A DNA stretch of 51,315 nt from Nitrospirae bacterium CG02_land_8_20_14_3_00_41_53 (GCA_002780895.1 PEUB01000106.1:1-51315); one strand, 5' to 3'. Numbered from the stretch's first letter, positions 41,275 to 51,315 are shown. Program-made: numbers and translations. Notes: generated by a model from the letters alone, not told the origin.

Positions 41275-42132
41275 GTGAAGATTATTGATATACATACCCA
41301 TGGCATAGGTGGTTACGATACAAGGACAACAGCCGAAGGCGATATCCTCAAAATAGCTGGAATACATGGCTCATATGGAATTTCGGAAATTATACTTTCA
41401 GTATATTCAGCTCCTATACCAATCATGAGAGAAAATATGGATACAGTCAGAAAGGCAATGGAAATGCAAGATGTAGAACCTGCGAAAATCATCGGAGTTC
41501 ATCTCGAAGGTCCATTCCTCAATCCATCAAAATGCGGTGCCCTGAGTGCATCGTCATTCGTTGAACCAACAGAGGATAACTTCAAAGAACTCATTGAGGG
41601 GTTTGAAGATATAGTAAAGATAATCACCATTGCACCTGAGATAAATGAGGCTATAGGGCTTATCAAGAAGATGTCTGGCATGGGAATCATTGTCAGCATG
41701 GGACATTCTGATGCAACATATAATGAGGCAAAAGCTGGTTTTAATGCAGGTGCTAAGGGAATTACACACATCTTCAATGCAATGCGTTTTCATCACAGGG
41801 AGCCGGGACTTGCAGGGTTTGGACTTTTAAATCAGGATATTTATATTGAGCTTATTGCAGACCCCTGTCACCTCCATTCAAAAACACTTGAATTGATATT
41901 CAAAACAAAAAATCCTGACAGGATAATAATAGTGTCAGATACAGTAAAAGAGACAAAAGTGAGGGGAGGAGGGGGGAGGGAACAAGGTATTACCGATATC
42001 CACGGCAGACTTTCGGGGGGCTGCATGACCATTACAGAATCTTCAAAAAGGCTTATTGAGATAGGATATAATAAAAATTCTATAATGAGGTGCATAACTA
42101 AAAATCCTAAAATGTATCTCAGTTCTTTCTAA
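41275..42132 (+). CDS. nagA: N-acetylglucosamine-6-phosphate deacetylase (short form)
   Basis: DIHTHG, HLEGPF, APE, GHS, THIFNAM and SD motifs; start uncertain. Confidence 0.88.
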   Translation: MKIIDIHTHGIGGYDTRTTAEGDILKIAGIHGSYGISEIILSVYSAPIPIMRENMDTVRKAMEMQDVEPAKIIGVHLEGPFLNPSKCGALSASSFVEPTEDNFKELIEGFEDIVKIITIAPEINEAIGLIKKMSGMGIIVSMGHSDATYNEAKAGFNAGAKGITHIFNAMRFHHREPGLAGFGLLNQDIYIELIADPCHLHSKTLELIFKTKNPDRIIIVSDTVKETKVRGGGGREQGITDIHGRLSGGCMTITESSKRLIEIGYNKNSIMRCITKNPKMYLSSF

Positions 42133-42153
42133 TCTTATTATCTATAACTTCTG

Positions 42154-42231
42154 CTGTCATTGCGAGTGAAACAAAGCAATCTCGTCTTTCTCAGTGAGAT
42201 TGCCACGGTCGATGCAACCTCGCAATGACAG
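42154..42231. repeat. GTCATTGCGAG-type two-level palindromic element
   Basis: Perfect 13-bp IR CTGTCATTGCGAG/CTCGCAATGACAG and inner IR GCAATCTC (42176-42183)/GAGATTGC (42196-42203). Confidence 0.85.
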
Positions 42232-42284
42232 ATACGGCAATCGCCACTATTGTTATAACCGGATTTGGGTTATAATGTTTATAA

Positions 42285-42767
42285 ATGTGGTATGCCATTT
42301 ATACAAAGCCGGGGAAAGAGGATTCAATTGCCTATCGCCTTGAAGGTATAGGCATTGAGGTCATGAACCCGAAAATAAAGTTCAAGAAATATAGGCGCAA
42401 TAAACTTATTGAGGTCATAGAACCTCTCTTTCCTTCTTACCTATTTGCAAGCTTCGAGAAAGAGAAATATTCCCATCTCATCACTTACACAAGGGGTGTG
42501 AGATACATAGTAGGTAAAGGCAATCCTATTGTTGTTTATGATGAGATTATTAACACAATAAAAGAAGGCATGGGAGATGACAACATAGTGGTTATCAAAC
42601 CCAGGAGATTCGAAAAAGGAGACAGGATTTTAATAAAGGATGGACCGTTTAGAGATTTTTATGGAATTTTTGAAAAAGAGACCAGAGGCACTGAGAGGGT
42701 AATGATCCTTCTTGAAATGATTCATTACAGGCTTGAACTCGATAGTTGTTTTCTGACTAAAATATAG
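42285..42767 (+). CDS. NusG/RfaH-like transcription antiterminator heading the polysaccharide locus
   Basis: WYAIYTKP, PLFPSYLF, TRGV, KOW motif GDRILIKDGPF. Confidence 0.88.
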   Translation: MWYAIYTKPGKEDSIAYRLEGIGIEVMNPKIKFKKYRRNKLIEVIEPLFPSYLFASFEKEKYSHLITYTRGVRYIVGKGNPIVVYDEIINTIKEGMGDDNIVVIKPRRFEKGDRILIKDGPFRDFYGIFEKETRGTERVMILLEMIHYRLELDSCFLTKI

Positions 42768-42791
42768 TATAGCTTTTTGGAGGGTTTCTAA

Positions 42792-43664
42792 ATGAAAGGC
42801 ATAATCTTAGCAGGTGGCATCGGGACAAGGCTTTATCCGGTAACAATAGGTATTTGTAAACAGTTATTGCCTATTTATGATAAGCCGATGATTTATTACC
42901 CCCTGTCTGTACTTATGCTTGCAGGGATAAAGGATATCCTGATAATTTCCACGCCACAGGATTTACAGCGTTTTATGAATATATTCAATGACGGCTCTCA
43001 TTTAGGGCTTAGTTTTTCTTACAGGGAACAGTCTCACCCGGGCGGCATTGCAGAAGCCTTTATCCTGGGTGAGAAATTTATAGGCAGTGATGATGTTTGT
43101 CTTGTGCTGGGGGATAATATTTTTTATGGCCACGGTCTTACAGGTTTATTGGAGAAGGCGGTAGATGATGTAAAAACAAAGGGTGGTGCGACAATATTTG
43201 GTTATTATGTCAATGACCCTGAAAGATATGGAGTAGTCGAATTTGATGAGAAGGGCAATGTCCTGTCTTTAGAGGAAAAGCCCAAAATACCAAAATCGAG
43301 ATATGCGGTAACAGGCCTGTATTTCTATAACAACGAAGTAGTAAAGATTTCTAAAAATATAAAGCCGTCGCGAAGGGGTGAGCTCGAGATAACAGATGTA
43401 AATAGAGAATATCTTAAAAGGAGAAAACTCAGGGTTGAACTGATGGGCAGAGGCTATGCCTGGCTTGATACAGGTACTCATAAGAGCCTTTTAGAAGCCG
43501 GTGAGTTTATATCAACTATTGAAAAAAGACAGGGGTTAAAAATAGCCTGCATAGAAGAAATAGCATACAAATTAGGTTATATTGATAAAAAGCAATTGTT
43601 AAAACTTGCACAGGCCTTAAATCATAATGAATACGGAAAATATCTTTTGAGGGTGATAAAATAA
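42792..43664 (+). CDS. rmlA: Glucose-1-phosphate thymidylyltransferase
   Basis: GIILAGGxGTRL, [17 protein letters not shown]. Confidence 0.96.
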   Translation: MKGIILAGGIGTRLYPVTIGICKQLLPIYDKPMIYYPLSVLMLAGIKDILIISTPQDLQRFMNIFNDGSHLGLSFSYREQSHPGGIAEAFILGEKFIGSDDVCLVLGDNIFYGHGLTGLLEKAVDDVKTKGGATIFGYYVNDPERYGVVEFDEKGNVLSLEEKPKIPKSRYAVTGLYFYNNEVVKISKNIKPSRRGELEITDVNREYLKRRKLRVELMGRGYAWLDTGTHKSLLEAGEFISTIEKRQGLKIACIEEIAYKLGYIDKKQLLKLAQALNHNEYGKYLLRVIK

Positions 43665-43700
43665 CAGCAGGCAAAGGCCTTTTTTCTAAGCTTTTTAGTT

Positions 43701-44318
43701 ATGCCATTTATTTTTAAAAAATTATCAATACCGGAAGTTATCCTAATAGAACCAAAGGTTTTCAGGGACAGACGGGGACTCTTTCTGGAAACTTACAAAT
43801 ATTCAGACTTTGCTCAGTCGGGCATAAAAGAGCAGTTTGTTCAGGATAATTATTCAAAATCTGTAAAAGGCGTATTGAGAGGACTTCACTTTCAGAAAAA
43901 TCCCAATGCACAGGGCAAATTAGTCCAGTGTGTAAAGGGAAAGATATTTGATGTAGCGGTAGATATAAGAAAAGGTTCTCCCACCTTTAGACATTGGGTT
44001 AGTGTTGAACTGTCTGAAGAAAATAATCTTATGCTTTATGTCCCTTCTGCCTTTGCTCATGGTTTTGTTGTCCTGAGTGAAACAGCTGATGTTATATATA
44101 AGTGTAATAGAGAATATTCGCCAGAAGACGATAGGGGGATTATCTGGAATGACCCTGATATAAATATCAACTGGCCGATCAAAGACCCGGTTCTCTCAGA
44201 AAAAGATAAAAAACATCCAGCATTATATAATGCTGATATTAATTTTGAATACCCTTTTATATCCCCCCTTGCCAGGGGGGTTAGGGGTGTGTTTAAAAAG
44301 GGAGGCAGGCTGATTTAA
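43701..44318 (+). CDS. rmlC: dTDP-4-dehydrorhamnose 3,5-epimerase with repeat-derived C-terminal tail
   Basis: QDN, VLRGLHFQ, DVAVDIR and AHGF motifs. Confidence 0.95.
   Translation: MPFIFKKLSIPEVILIEPKVFRDRRGLFLETYKYSDFAQSGIKEQFVQDNYSKSVKGVLRGLHFQKNPNAQGKLVQCVKGKIFDVAVDIRKGSPTFRHWVSVELSEENNLMLYVPSAFAHGFVVLSETADVIYKCNREYSPEDDRGIIWNDPDININWPIKDPVLSEKDKKHPALYNADINFEYPFISPLARGVRGVFKKGGRLI
44259..44293. repeat. Module-B-type element in the rmlC 3' end
   Basis: ATATCCCCCCTTGCCAGGGGGGTTAGGGGTGTGTT, similar to 10253-10287. Confidence 0.8.
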
Positions 44319-44403
44319 AACAATATGTTGAAAAATAAAGGATATTTTAAGAATTTACTAAAAAACTTTTGACAATATGGTTGTTTAATACAGGAGGTGT
44401 AAT

Positions 44404-45261
44404 ATGAAGATTTTAATTACAGGTGCAAACGGCCAGCTTGCAAGGGAATTTCAAAAGGCGTTAGAAAACTATGAATATACAGTAGGGGCTTTAGATAAAG
44501 AAAGTCTGGATATATCTGATTTGAATGTCGTTATAGAAGCTTTTTCAAAATATAATCCTGATATTATTTTAAACTGTGCTGCTTATAATTTTGTAGATAA
44601 GGCTGAAAAGGATTTTGATACTGCATACAAAGTAAACGCCGCAGGAGTGAGAAACCTGGCGGTTGCGTGCAAAAAAAATAATGCCCTGTTAGTTCACTAC
44701 AGCACTGATTACATATTTAATGGAACAAAGGAAGATTTTTATACAGAGGAAGATGAACCAGATCCAATTAACAATTACGGTAAAAGCAAATTAATGGGTG
44801 AAAAGATTTTAACAGAAGAGACTGATAATTTTTTATTATTCAGGGTTAGCTGGGTATTTGGAGAAGGCAAACAAAACTTTCTTTATAAATTGTCCGAATT
44901 GGCAAGGAAGAATATGGTTTTAAAAATTGTTTGCGACCAGACCTCGGTGCCGACCTTTACAAAGGACATTATAACTTTAACAATGCTTGCAATAGAAAAA
45001 GGTCTGAGAGGGGTTTACCATCTGACCAACAGCGGATATGTTACAAGATATGAAGTCGCACGCTATTTTATTGATAGGCTTGGTCTGGATAACCTGATAT
45101 TGCCTGTAAACTCAGATTATTTTCCTTCACCTGTCAAGAGGCCATATTTCTCTGCAATGTCAAATCATAAGCTTTCGAGAGCCCTGGGCGTTAATATACC
45201 TGACTGGAGGATCGGCATTGACAGGTACATAGAAGAAATGTTTAAACAAGAGGAAATCTAA
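44404..45261 (+). CDS. rmlD: dTDP-4-dehydrorhamnose reductase
   Basis: GANGQL, STDYIF, YGKSK. Confidence 0.95.
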   Translation: MKILITGANGQLAREFQKALENYEYTVGALDKESLDISDLNVVIEAFSKYNPDIILNCAAYNFVDKAEKDFDTAYKVNAAGVRNLAVACKKNNALLVHYSTDYIFNGTKEDFYTEEDEPDPINNYGKSKLMGEKILTEETDNFLLFRVSWVFGEGKQNFLYKLSELARKNMVLKIVCDQTSVPTFTKDIITLTMLAIEKGLRGVYHLTNSGYVTRYEVARYFIDRLGLDNLILPVNSDYFPSPVKRPYFSAMSNHKLSRALGVNIPDWRIGIDRYIEEMFKQEEI

Positions 45262-46229
45262 TGAAAAAACTTTTAGTCACAGGTGGGGCCGGATTTATAG
45301 GAAGCGAATTTGTCAGACAGGGCGCAGAAAAAAGTTACAGGATAGCAGTTGTTGATAAACTCAGTTATGCCGGTGATTTAAAGAGATTAAAAGAATTTAA
45401 GAAAGAAATTACTTTTTACAGGAAAAACATAACTGATAAAGACTCTCTGGAACATATCTTCAAGACAGAAAAACCAGATATCGTTGTTCACTTTGCAGCA
45501 GAAAGCCATGTCGATAGGAGCATAGCTGATCCATCTCCTTTTTTGGATACAAATATAAAAGGGACACAGGTACTTCTTGATATCTCAAAACACTATGGGA
45601 TCGAAAGATTCATAAATATATCGACCGATGAGATATATGGTGAACTAACAGGGAAAGGACAATTTTATGAAACAACACCCCTGAACCCCAATTCTCCATA
45701 TTCGGTTAGCAAAGCTGCTGCCGATATGCTCGGAAGGGCATATCACAGGACATACGGCATACCTGTAATAACAATAAGACCATCTAATAATTATGGTCCA
45801 TGGCAGTATCCGGAAAAACTTATTCCGGTAGTTATACTCAAGGCATTGAGCAATAAAAAGGTTCCTGTTTATGGAAAAGGGCAAAACATCAGGGAATGGT
45901 TATTTGTATCTGATTGTGTAGATGCAGTATTTGGAATATCAGAAAAAGGCAAAATTGGAGAGATATACAATGTCGGGAGCGGAGAAGAGAAGAGGAATAT
46001 AGATGTGGTCAAAACTGTTTTAAAGCTGTTAGGGAAACCAGAAGATTTAATAGAGTTTACGAAAGACAGATTAGGGCATGATTTCAGATATTCTTTAAAT
46101 TCGAATAAAATATGCAAGCAGATTGGCTGGAAGAGCAAAATACATTTTCATGAAGGCATAGAAAAAACTGTAAAGTGGTATGTGGATAATATGAAATGGA
46201 CAAAAAGCAAAAAGACAGGCTTAGGTTGA
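45261..46229 (+). CDS. rmlB: dTDP-glucose 4,6-dehydratase
   Basis: GGAGFIG, AAESHVDRS, STDE, YSVSK, PEKLIP. Confidence 0.96.
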   Translation: MKKLLVTGGAGFIGSEFVRQGAEKSYRIAVVDKLSYAGDLKRLKEFKKEITFYRKNITDKDSLEHIFKTEKPDIVVHFAAESHVDRSIADPSPFLDTNIKGTQVLLDISKHYGIERFINISTDEIYGELTGKGQFYETTPLNPNSPYSVSKAAADMLGRAYHRTYGIPVITIRPSNNYGPWQYPEKLIPVVILKALSNKKVPVYGKGQNIREWLFVSDCVDAVFGISEKGKIGEIYNVGSGEEKRNIDVVKTVLKLLGKPEDLIEFTKDRLGHDFRYSLNSNKICKQIGWKSKIHFHEGIEKTVKWYVDNMKWTKSKKTGLG

Positions 46230-46282
46230 GGCCGAGGTTAAGTAAAGACTCAATCTTAGCCTCAGCCTTGACCTTAACCTTG
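46218..46282. repeat. Inverted hexamer arrays
   Basis: GGCTTA GGTTGA GGCCGA GGTTAA facing ACTCAA TCTTAG CCTCAG CCTTGA CCTTAA CCTTG. Confidence 0.75.
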
Positions 46283-46289
46283 TATTCCT

Positions 46290-47702
46290 ATGTTGAACGA
46301 TAAGATATTCCGGGAATACGATATACGGGGGATTGTCGGAAGGGACCTCAACGAAAACTTTGCCTTTTCTTTAGGGAAGGCATTTGGCACCCTCATAAAA
46401 AATATAAAAAAAAATGGAAACAGGGTAAGTGTAGGAAGAGATGGGAGAATAAGTTCTGAAAGACTTGCTGCGAACATTATTAAAGGAATAATATCAACGG
46501 GTATCGATGTTTATGACATAGGTCTCTGCCCGACTCCCTTGCAGTATTTTTCCATCCACCATCTCAATCTGGACGGCGGCATCATGGTTACAGGAAGCCA
46601 TAACCCGCCTGAATATAATGGGTTTAAGCTGAGTATCGGGAAAGAGACGATTTTTGGAGAAGAGATACAAAAACTTAAAGATATCATAGAAAAAAGGTCA
46701 TGGTCTGAAAGCCCAGAAAACGGGCATCTGGAGCATTATGATATACTCGGTGCATATAAAGATATCATGGTAAACAGGTTTTCCTATTTATCAAATAAAG
46801 GCTACAGGAGATTGAAGGTGGTGGTCGATGCTGGAAACGGCACTGGGGGGATAGTAGCTCCCGGAATATTAGAGGCTATGGGATGTGAAGTGATACCCCT
46901 TTGTTGTGAGCCTGATGGACGATTCCCAAACCACCATCCAGACCCGACAGTGGTAGAAAATCTCAAGGGACTCATAAAGGTGACAAAAGAAGAAGGGGCT
47001 GATATAGGGGTTGGATACGATGGAGATGCAGATAGGATAGGCATAATTGACAGTTTTGGGGATATTGTATGGGGTGATCAGATTATGGTCATCCTTGCCA
47101 GGGACATCCTGAAGAGGAAACCTGATGCAATCATCATCGGGGACGTAAAGTGTTCCCATACAATGTTTGACGACATAGAGAGGCACGGCGGCAAACCCAT
47201 CATGTGGAAGACAGGACACTCCCTTATAAAAGACAAGATGAGAAAAGAGGGCGCCCTCCTTGCAGGCGAATTCAGCGGCCATATCTTTGTTTCAGACGGG
47301 TATTTTGGTTTTGACGACGCAATCTATACTACATTCCGGCTCATAGAGATTATGAAGACCACAGCCCTTGGAATAAACGAATTGCTTTCAGACATCCCGC
47401 GTATGTGCTCCACACCCGAAATACACATAGACTGCCCGGAGGATCAAAAGAAGATGGTTGTGGAAAGATTGGTGCACCGTTGTAAAGAGTATAATATATC
47501 CGGCAATTGCCCTTTCCCAATAAAGAAGATCTATGACATAGATGGAGCGAGGGTTGTTTTTGAAAAAGGATGGGGACTCATAAGATCGAGCAATACCCAG
47601 CCGGTGGTCGTAATGCGATTCGAGGCAGAAGATGAAAAAAGTCTCAACGAATACAGGAACTTTTTGGAGAGAGAGCTGAAAGAGGCAATGGAGTTATTAT
47701 GA
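46290..47702 (+). CDS. Phosphomannomutase/phosphoglucomutase
   Basis: TGSHNP, DGDADR and GEFSGH motifs. Confidence 0.95.
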   Translation: MLNDKIFREYDIRGIVGRDLNENFAFSLGKAFGTLIKNIKKNGNRVSVGRDGRISSERLAANIIKGIISTGIDVYDIGLCPTPLQYFSIHHLNLDGGIMVTGSHNPPEYNGFKLSIGKETIFGEEIQKLKDIIEKRSWSESPENGHLEHYDILGAYKDIMVNRFSYLSNKGYRRLKVVVDAGNGTGGIVAPGILEAMGCEVIPLCCEPDGRFPNHHPDPTVVENLKGLIKVTKEEGADIGVGYDGDADRIGIIDSFGDIVWGDQIMVILARDILKRKPDAIIIGDVKCSHTMFDDIERHGGKPIMWKTGHSLIKDKMRKEGALLAGEFSGHIFVSDGYFGFDDAIYTTFRLIEIMKTTALGINELLSDIPRMCSTPEIHIDCPEDQKKMVVERLVHRCKEYNISGNCPFPIKKIYDIDGARVVFEKGWGLIRSSNTQPVVVMRFEAEDEKSLNEYRNFLERELKEAMELL

Positions 47703-49240
47703 AAGCACTTATCCTCGCAGGTGGTTCTGGAACAAGGCTTTGGCCTCTCAGCAGAAGGAATTATCCGAAACAATTTCTGAAGCTGAATGGTAAAAGCTCT
47801 TTTTTACAAAAGACCGCGGAAAGGCTTTTAAAAGTGATTTCTATTGATGACATTATTGTGATGACGAACAGTGAATATAAATTCCACGTCTTAGCCGACC
47901 TTAATGTCATGTTCAACAACCAGCATTTAATATCCAACCCTAACCATTCGCCTTTTGCCAATATCATACTTGAACCTGTAAGCAGGAATACAGCACCTGC
48001 CATAGCTCTTGGGATAAAATACTGTGTGGAAAAACTTGGATGTAAAAAAGATGAAGTATTATTTATCTCTCCTTCAGACCATGTCATAAAACCTGCTGAC
48101 AAATTTGCTGAATATATTAAACTTTCAGAGGAGATAGCTAAAAAAGGCTATATGGTGGCATTTGGCATAAAACCGACAAGATCTGAGACAGGTTATGGAT
48201 ATATACAAGTCAGTAAGGAGTCAGCAGCAGACAGTAAGCACCATGGGACAAACATGGAGCACGACAACATAACAGACAATGAAAATAATCCCCTCTTGCC
48301 CCCCTTTAGTAAAGGGGGGATGGGGGGATTTCCTGGCGAGATCGTCAAAAATAACTATTTCAAAGTAGAAGAGTTTACTGAAAAACCGGATACGGAGACT
48401 GCAAAAAAATATATTGGTGAAGGCAATTATTACTGGAATTCAGGTATGTTTGCCTTTTGCATAGGCACCATAATAGAAGAATTCAGCAAACACGCACCGA
48501 AGATAAGCGAGATGCTTGATATGAGTTTTGATGAGATGGTAGCAAACTTTAAGCAAATGCCTGACATCTCATTGGACTATGCTGTGGCTGAGAAATCAGA
48601 AAGGATAGTAATCCTGCCGCTCGATTTATACTGGAATGACATAGGCTCATGGGACTCGATATACGATGTATTAGATAAAAATGGCAGGGGGAATATCAAG
48701 ATGGGTGATGTTGTCGCAATAGATACCAAAGATACCCTTATAATCAGTGATAAAAGGTTTGTCGCTACAATAGGGTTAGATGATTGTTTGATAGTTGATA
48801 CAGATGATGCACTATTAATTGCAAAAAGGGGAGAGACACAAAAGGTAAGGGAGATAGTAAATAAATTAAGGGAAGATGACCGCAAAGAGGCCTTGGAACA
48901 TGTAACCATTTACAGACCATGGGGAAGCTATACAGTTCTTGGAGAAGGCGAACGATACAAGATCAAACGGGTTGTCGTAAACCCGCGTGAGAGACTGAGT
49001 CTGCAATTACACCATCACAGGTCAGAGCACTGGGTAGTGGTAAAAGGGAAAGCAAAGGTGACCATAGGAGATCGCGAAACCTTCGTGCACGAAAACGAAT
49101 CAGTATATATCCCCGAGTTAACCCGCCACAGGCTTGAAAATCCCGGCAAGGTTCCGCTGGAGATAATCGAGGTTCAAAACGGCGAATATGTAGGTGAGGA
49201 TGATATTGAAAGAATAGATGACGCATATGGAAGGGAATAA
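47699..49240 (+). CDS. manC: Mannose-1-phosphate guanylyltransferase/mannose-6-phosphate isomerase with loop insertion
   Basis: LAGGSGTRLWPLSR, NTAPA, WNSGMF, WNDIGSW, C-terminal cupin. Confidence 0.95.
   Translation: MKALILAGGSGTRLWPLSRRNYPKQFLKLNGKSSFLQKTAERLLKVISIDDIIVMTNSEYKFHVLADLNVMFNNQHLISNPNHSPFANIILEPVSRNTAPAIALGIKYCVEKLGCKKDEVLFISPSDHVIKPADKFAEYIKLSEEIAKKGYMVAFGIKPTRSETGYGYIQVSKESAADSKHHGTNMEHDNITDNENNPLLPPFSKGGMGGFPGEIVKNNYFKVEEFTEKPDTETAKKYIGEGNYYWNSGMFAFCIGTIIEEFSKHAPKISEMLDMSFDEMVANFKQMPDISLDYAVAEKSERIVILPLDLYWNDIGSWDSIYDVLDKNGRGNIKMGDVVAIDTKDTLIISDKRFVATIGLDDCLIVDTDDALLIAKRGETQKVREIVNKLREDDRKEALEHVTIYRPWGSYTVLGEGERYKIKRVVVNPRERLSLQLHHHRSEHWVVVKGKAKVTIGDRETFVHENESVYIPELTRHRLENPGKVPLEIIEVQNGEYVGEDDIERIDDAYGRE
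48287..48330. repeat. C/G-tract palindrome, in frame in manC
   Basis: AATCCCCTCTTGCCCCCC-TTTAGTAAA-GGGGGGATGGGGGGATT, encoding NPLLPPFSKGGMGG. Confidence 0.9.
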
Positions 49241-49421
49241 AACTGAAGAGGGGCAACTTGGGGTCAAAATCTCAATAGTCAAGAGGCTGTTTAAATCGTT
49301 GCTGTATTAAATATGCTGTTTGATGAAATAAAAACCATAAACAGCATTTTCCTAAGTTTAAGAAATTATTTTGACTTGCACATCCGTAAAAGAATAGATG
49401 ACAAATCTATCTGAGGAAAAA

Positions 49422-49783
49422 ATGAAAACAAAAATCATTTTGGGTTTGACGGTTACAATTTCGTATATGGCTTTGATATTTTATTTCTCATCTCTTTCAA
49501 AACCGATTAAATATGAACTGCCGTATGGAGTGGATAAGGTTATTCACCTTATAGAGTATGCGATTTTAGGCTTTTTAATTGGATATAGCTTGAAGAACTC
49601 AGGAATCAGGCGCTATGTTCTGGTTGGGTGGATTGCTGCATCGGTTTATGGGATTACAGACGAGATACATCAGTCATTTGTGCTGATGAGGGATGCATCG
49701 GTGTTTGATGTTTTTGCTGATGGATTAGGTTCTTTTGCAGGGGTTTATTGCAATAAGTATTTCAGTTTAAAGGAGATTTTGAG

Positions 49784-49787
<4 letters not shown>
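49422..49787 (+). CDS. VanZ-family membrane protein
   Basis: DKVIH...[18 protein letters not shown]. Confidence 0.85.
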
Positions 49788-50384
<597 letters not shown>

Positions 50385-50426
50385 TCACCTTTCACGCTTC
50401 ACCGTTCACGGTCTTACGATCTACGC
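50385..50426. repeat. Degenerate heptamer array
   Basis: TCACCTT TCACGCT TCACCGT TCACGGT CTTACGA TCTACGC. Confidence 0.75.
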
Positions 50427-50543
50427 TTGTCAGCTTGTTGGCTCAGGAAATTGTCAAATGTCTCTTGCTTTTACATATGCTACAATTGATTTGAAGGCAA
50501 ACTGGGAGAAATATAGAGAAGACTTTGAGAGAGGAGATTAAAA

Positions 50544-50837
50544 ATGACGAAAGATGAAATAATCAAAAAAAACTTAGACCTTCATGCTGAATGGATGAAG
50601 TACGTTTTTGAACATCCCGATGTGCTTGACAGAATCCCTAAAGGAGCGGTTCTTGTAATACTTCCTGAAGATGATAAAGATCTGTATAATAAAAATTACA
50701 GGGTTTTAGAGGAAAATAAAAAGAAAGGGATACCTGTGTTTGTAGTAACAATGAAGATGCCAAAACCTCAGATTTCAAATATTGAGATTATAGCAGCTGT
50801 CAAGATGCGACCCCAAAATTTGAACTTACGGGATTAG
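50544..50837 (+). CDS. Small DUF5647-like protein (putative TA component)
   Basis: KNLDL..EWMKYVFEHPDVLDRIPKGA.LVILPEDD..L...N; good RBS. Confidence 0.6.
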   Translation: MTKDEIIKKNLDLHAEWMKYVFEHPDVLDRIPKGAVLVILPEDDKDLYNKNYRVLEENKKKGIPVFVVTMKMPKPQISNIEIIAAVKMRPQNLNLRD

Positions 50838-50917
50838 AACTCCTCTTGTATGGTATAATTTAATCTGTACGAGTATATAGTTTGATAAAAGGAACTAAAA
50901 ATGGAGGTTAGGATATA

Positions 50918-51166
50918 ATGAAAGACGAGGAGTTTTTAAATCGCATTACCATTAATCCTTCAATCTTTGGCGGTAAACCAATCATTCGGGGGATGCGGAT
51001 AGCCGTTGAGCACATTCTTGGGATGCTTGCCGCTGGCTCTACTGTTGAAGAACTGTTAGAAGGTTATCCTTTTCTGGAAAAAGAAGATATACAAGCATGT
51101 CTGGTTTATGCTCACCGAATAGTTGCACACGAAAGGATTGAGCCGGCTTTAGTTACATGTAGATAG
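50918..51166 (+). CDS. DUF433 antitoxin-like protein
   Basis: RITINPSIFGGKPIIRGMRI.V...YPFL..EDIQACL.YA. Confidence 0.9.
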   Translation: MKDEEFLNRITINPSIFGGKPIIRGMRIAVEHILGMLAAGSTVEELLEGYPFLEKEDIQACLVYAHRIVAHERIEPALVTCR

Positions 51167-51210
51167 TCAACACATTTGACCCCTTTTCTGCAAATAAAAT
51201 TGACCCCCCT
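51158..51210. mobile_element. Probable IS21-family terminal repeat
   Basis: Begins TGT and carries two direct copies of TTGACCCC 24 bp apart (51176, 51200). Confidence 0.5.
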
Positions 51211-51315
51211 CGTAATATACCCTTTTAGATACTTTTAGTGCTCTAAAAGGTGTAAGTGTTTTATCTGTTTCAAAAACGGCTTCGCCAAATCGCCTTAGAG
51301 ACATTTTTAAAAGCC

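Noticed and set aside
41119-41367. N-terminal extension of ORF 40375..41367
   Set aside because: Runs through the intergenic palindrome and antisense into nagA; the recognisable domain starts after 41118
41961-41981. G-rich run in nagA (VRGGGGRE) as a half element
   Set aside because: No complementary C arm or diagnostic terminus; could be ordinary Gly codons

Overview
AT-rich bacterial chromosomal segment; the gene content and order (trpB-trpA-accD-folC-lptD, ftsEX-envC-ctpA, dnaE-accA, atpB-atpE split from the rest of the atp operon) suggest a Nitrospirota/deltaproteobacteria-like organism, which is inference only. Most of the window is housekeeping: Trp and fatty-acid synthesis, LptD, split transketolase, cell division, uvrC, recD2, dnaE, PBP1A, a peptidoglycan-recycling cluster and a NusG-paralogue/rml/man polysaccharide locus. 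TA modules lie at both ends, a decayed island of gene fragments lies at about 34.6-36.5 kb next to a tRNA-fMet remnant, and a probable IS21-like end lies at the right edge. The most striking signal is a dense set of small repeats. These include (i) 35-50 bp C-tract/G-tract palindromes inserted in frame in at least six genes (trpB, folC three times, envC, a phosphotransferase, rmlC, manC), most encoding an NPPxPPxxKGGxGG-type peptide; (ii) inverted heptamer and hexamer arrays, one of which supplies much of the LptD signal peptide; (iii) modular and nested composites of these elements; and (iv) gene truncations that end at element remnants. No transposase or nuclease that would mobilise them was recognised in the window. 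All calls come from reading the sequence by eye, with no database searches.
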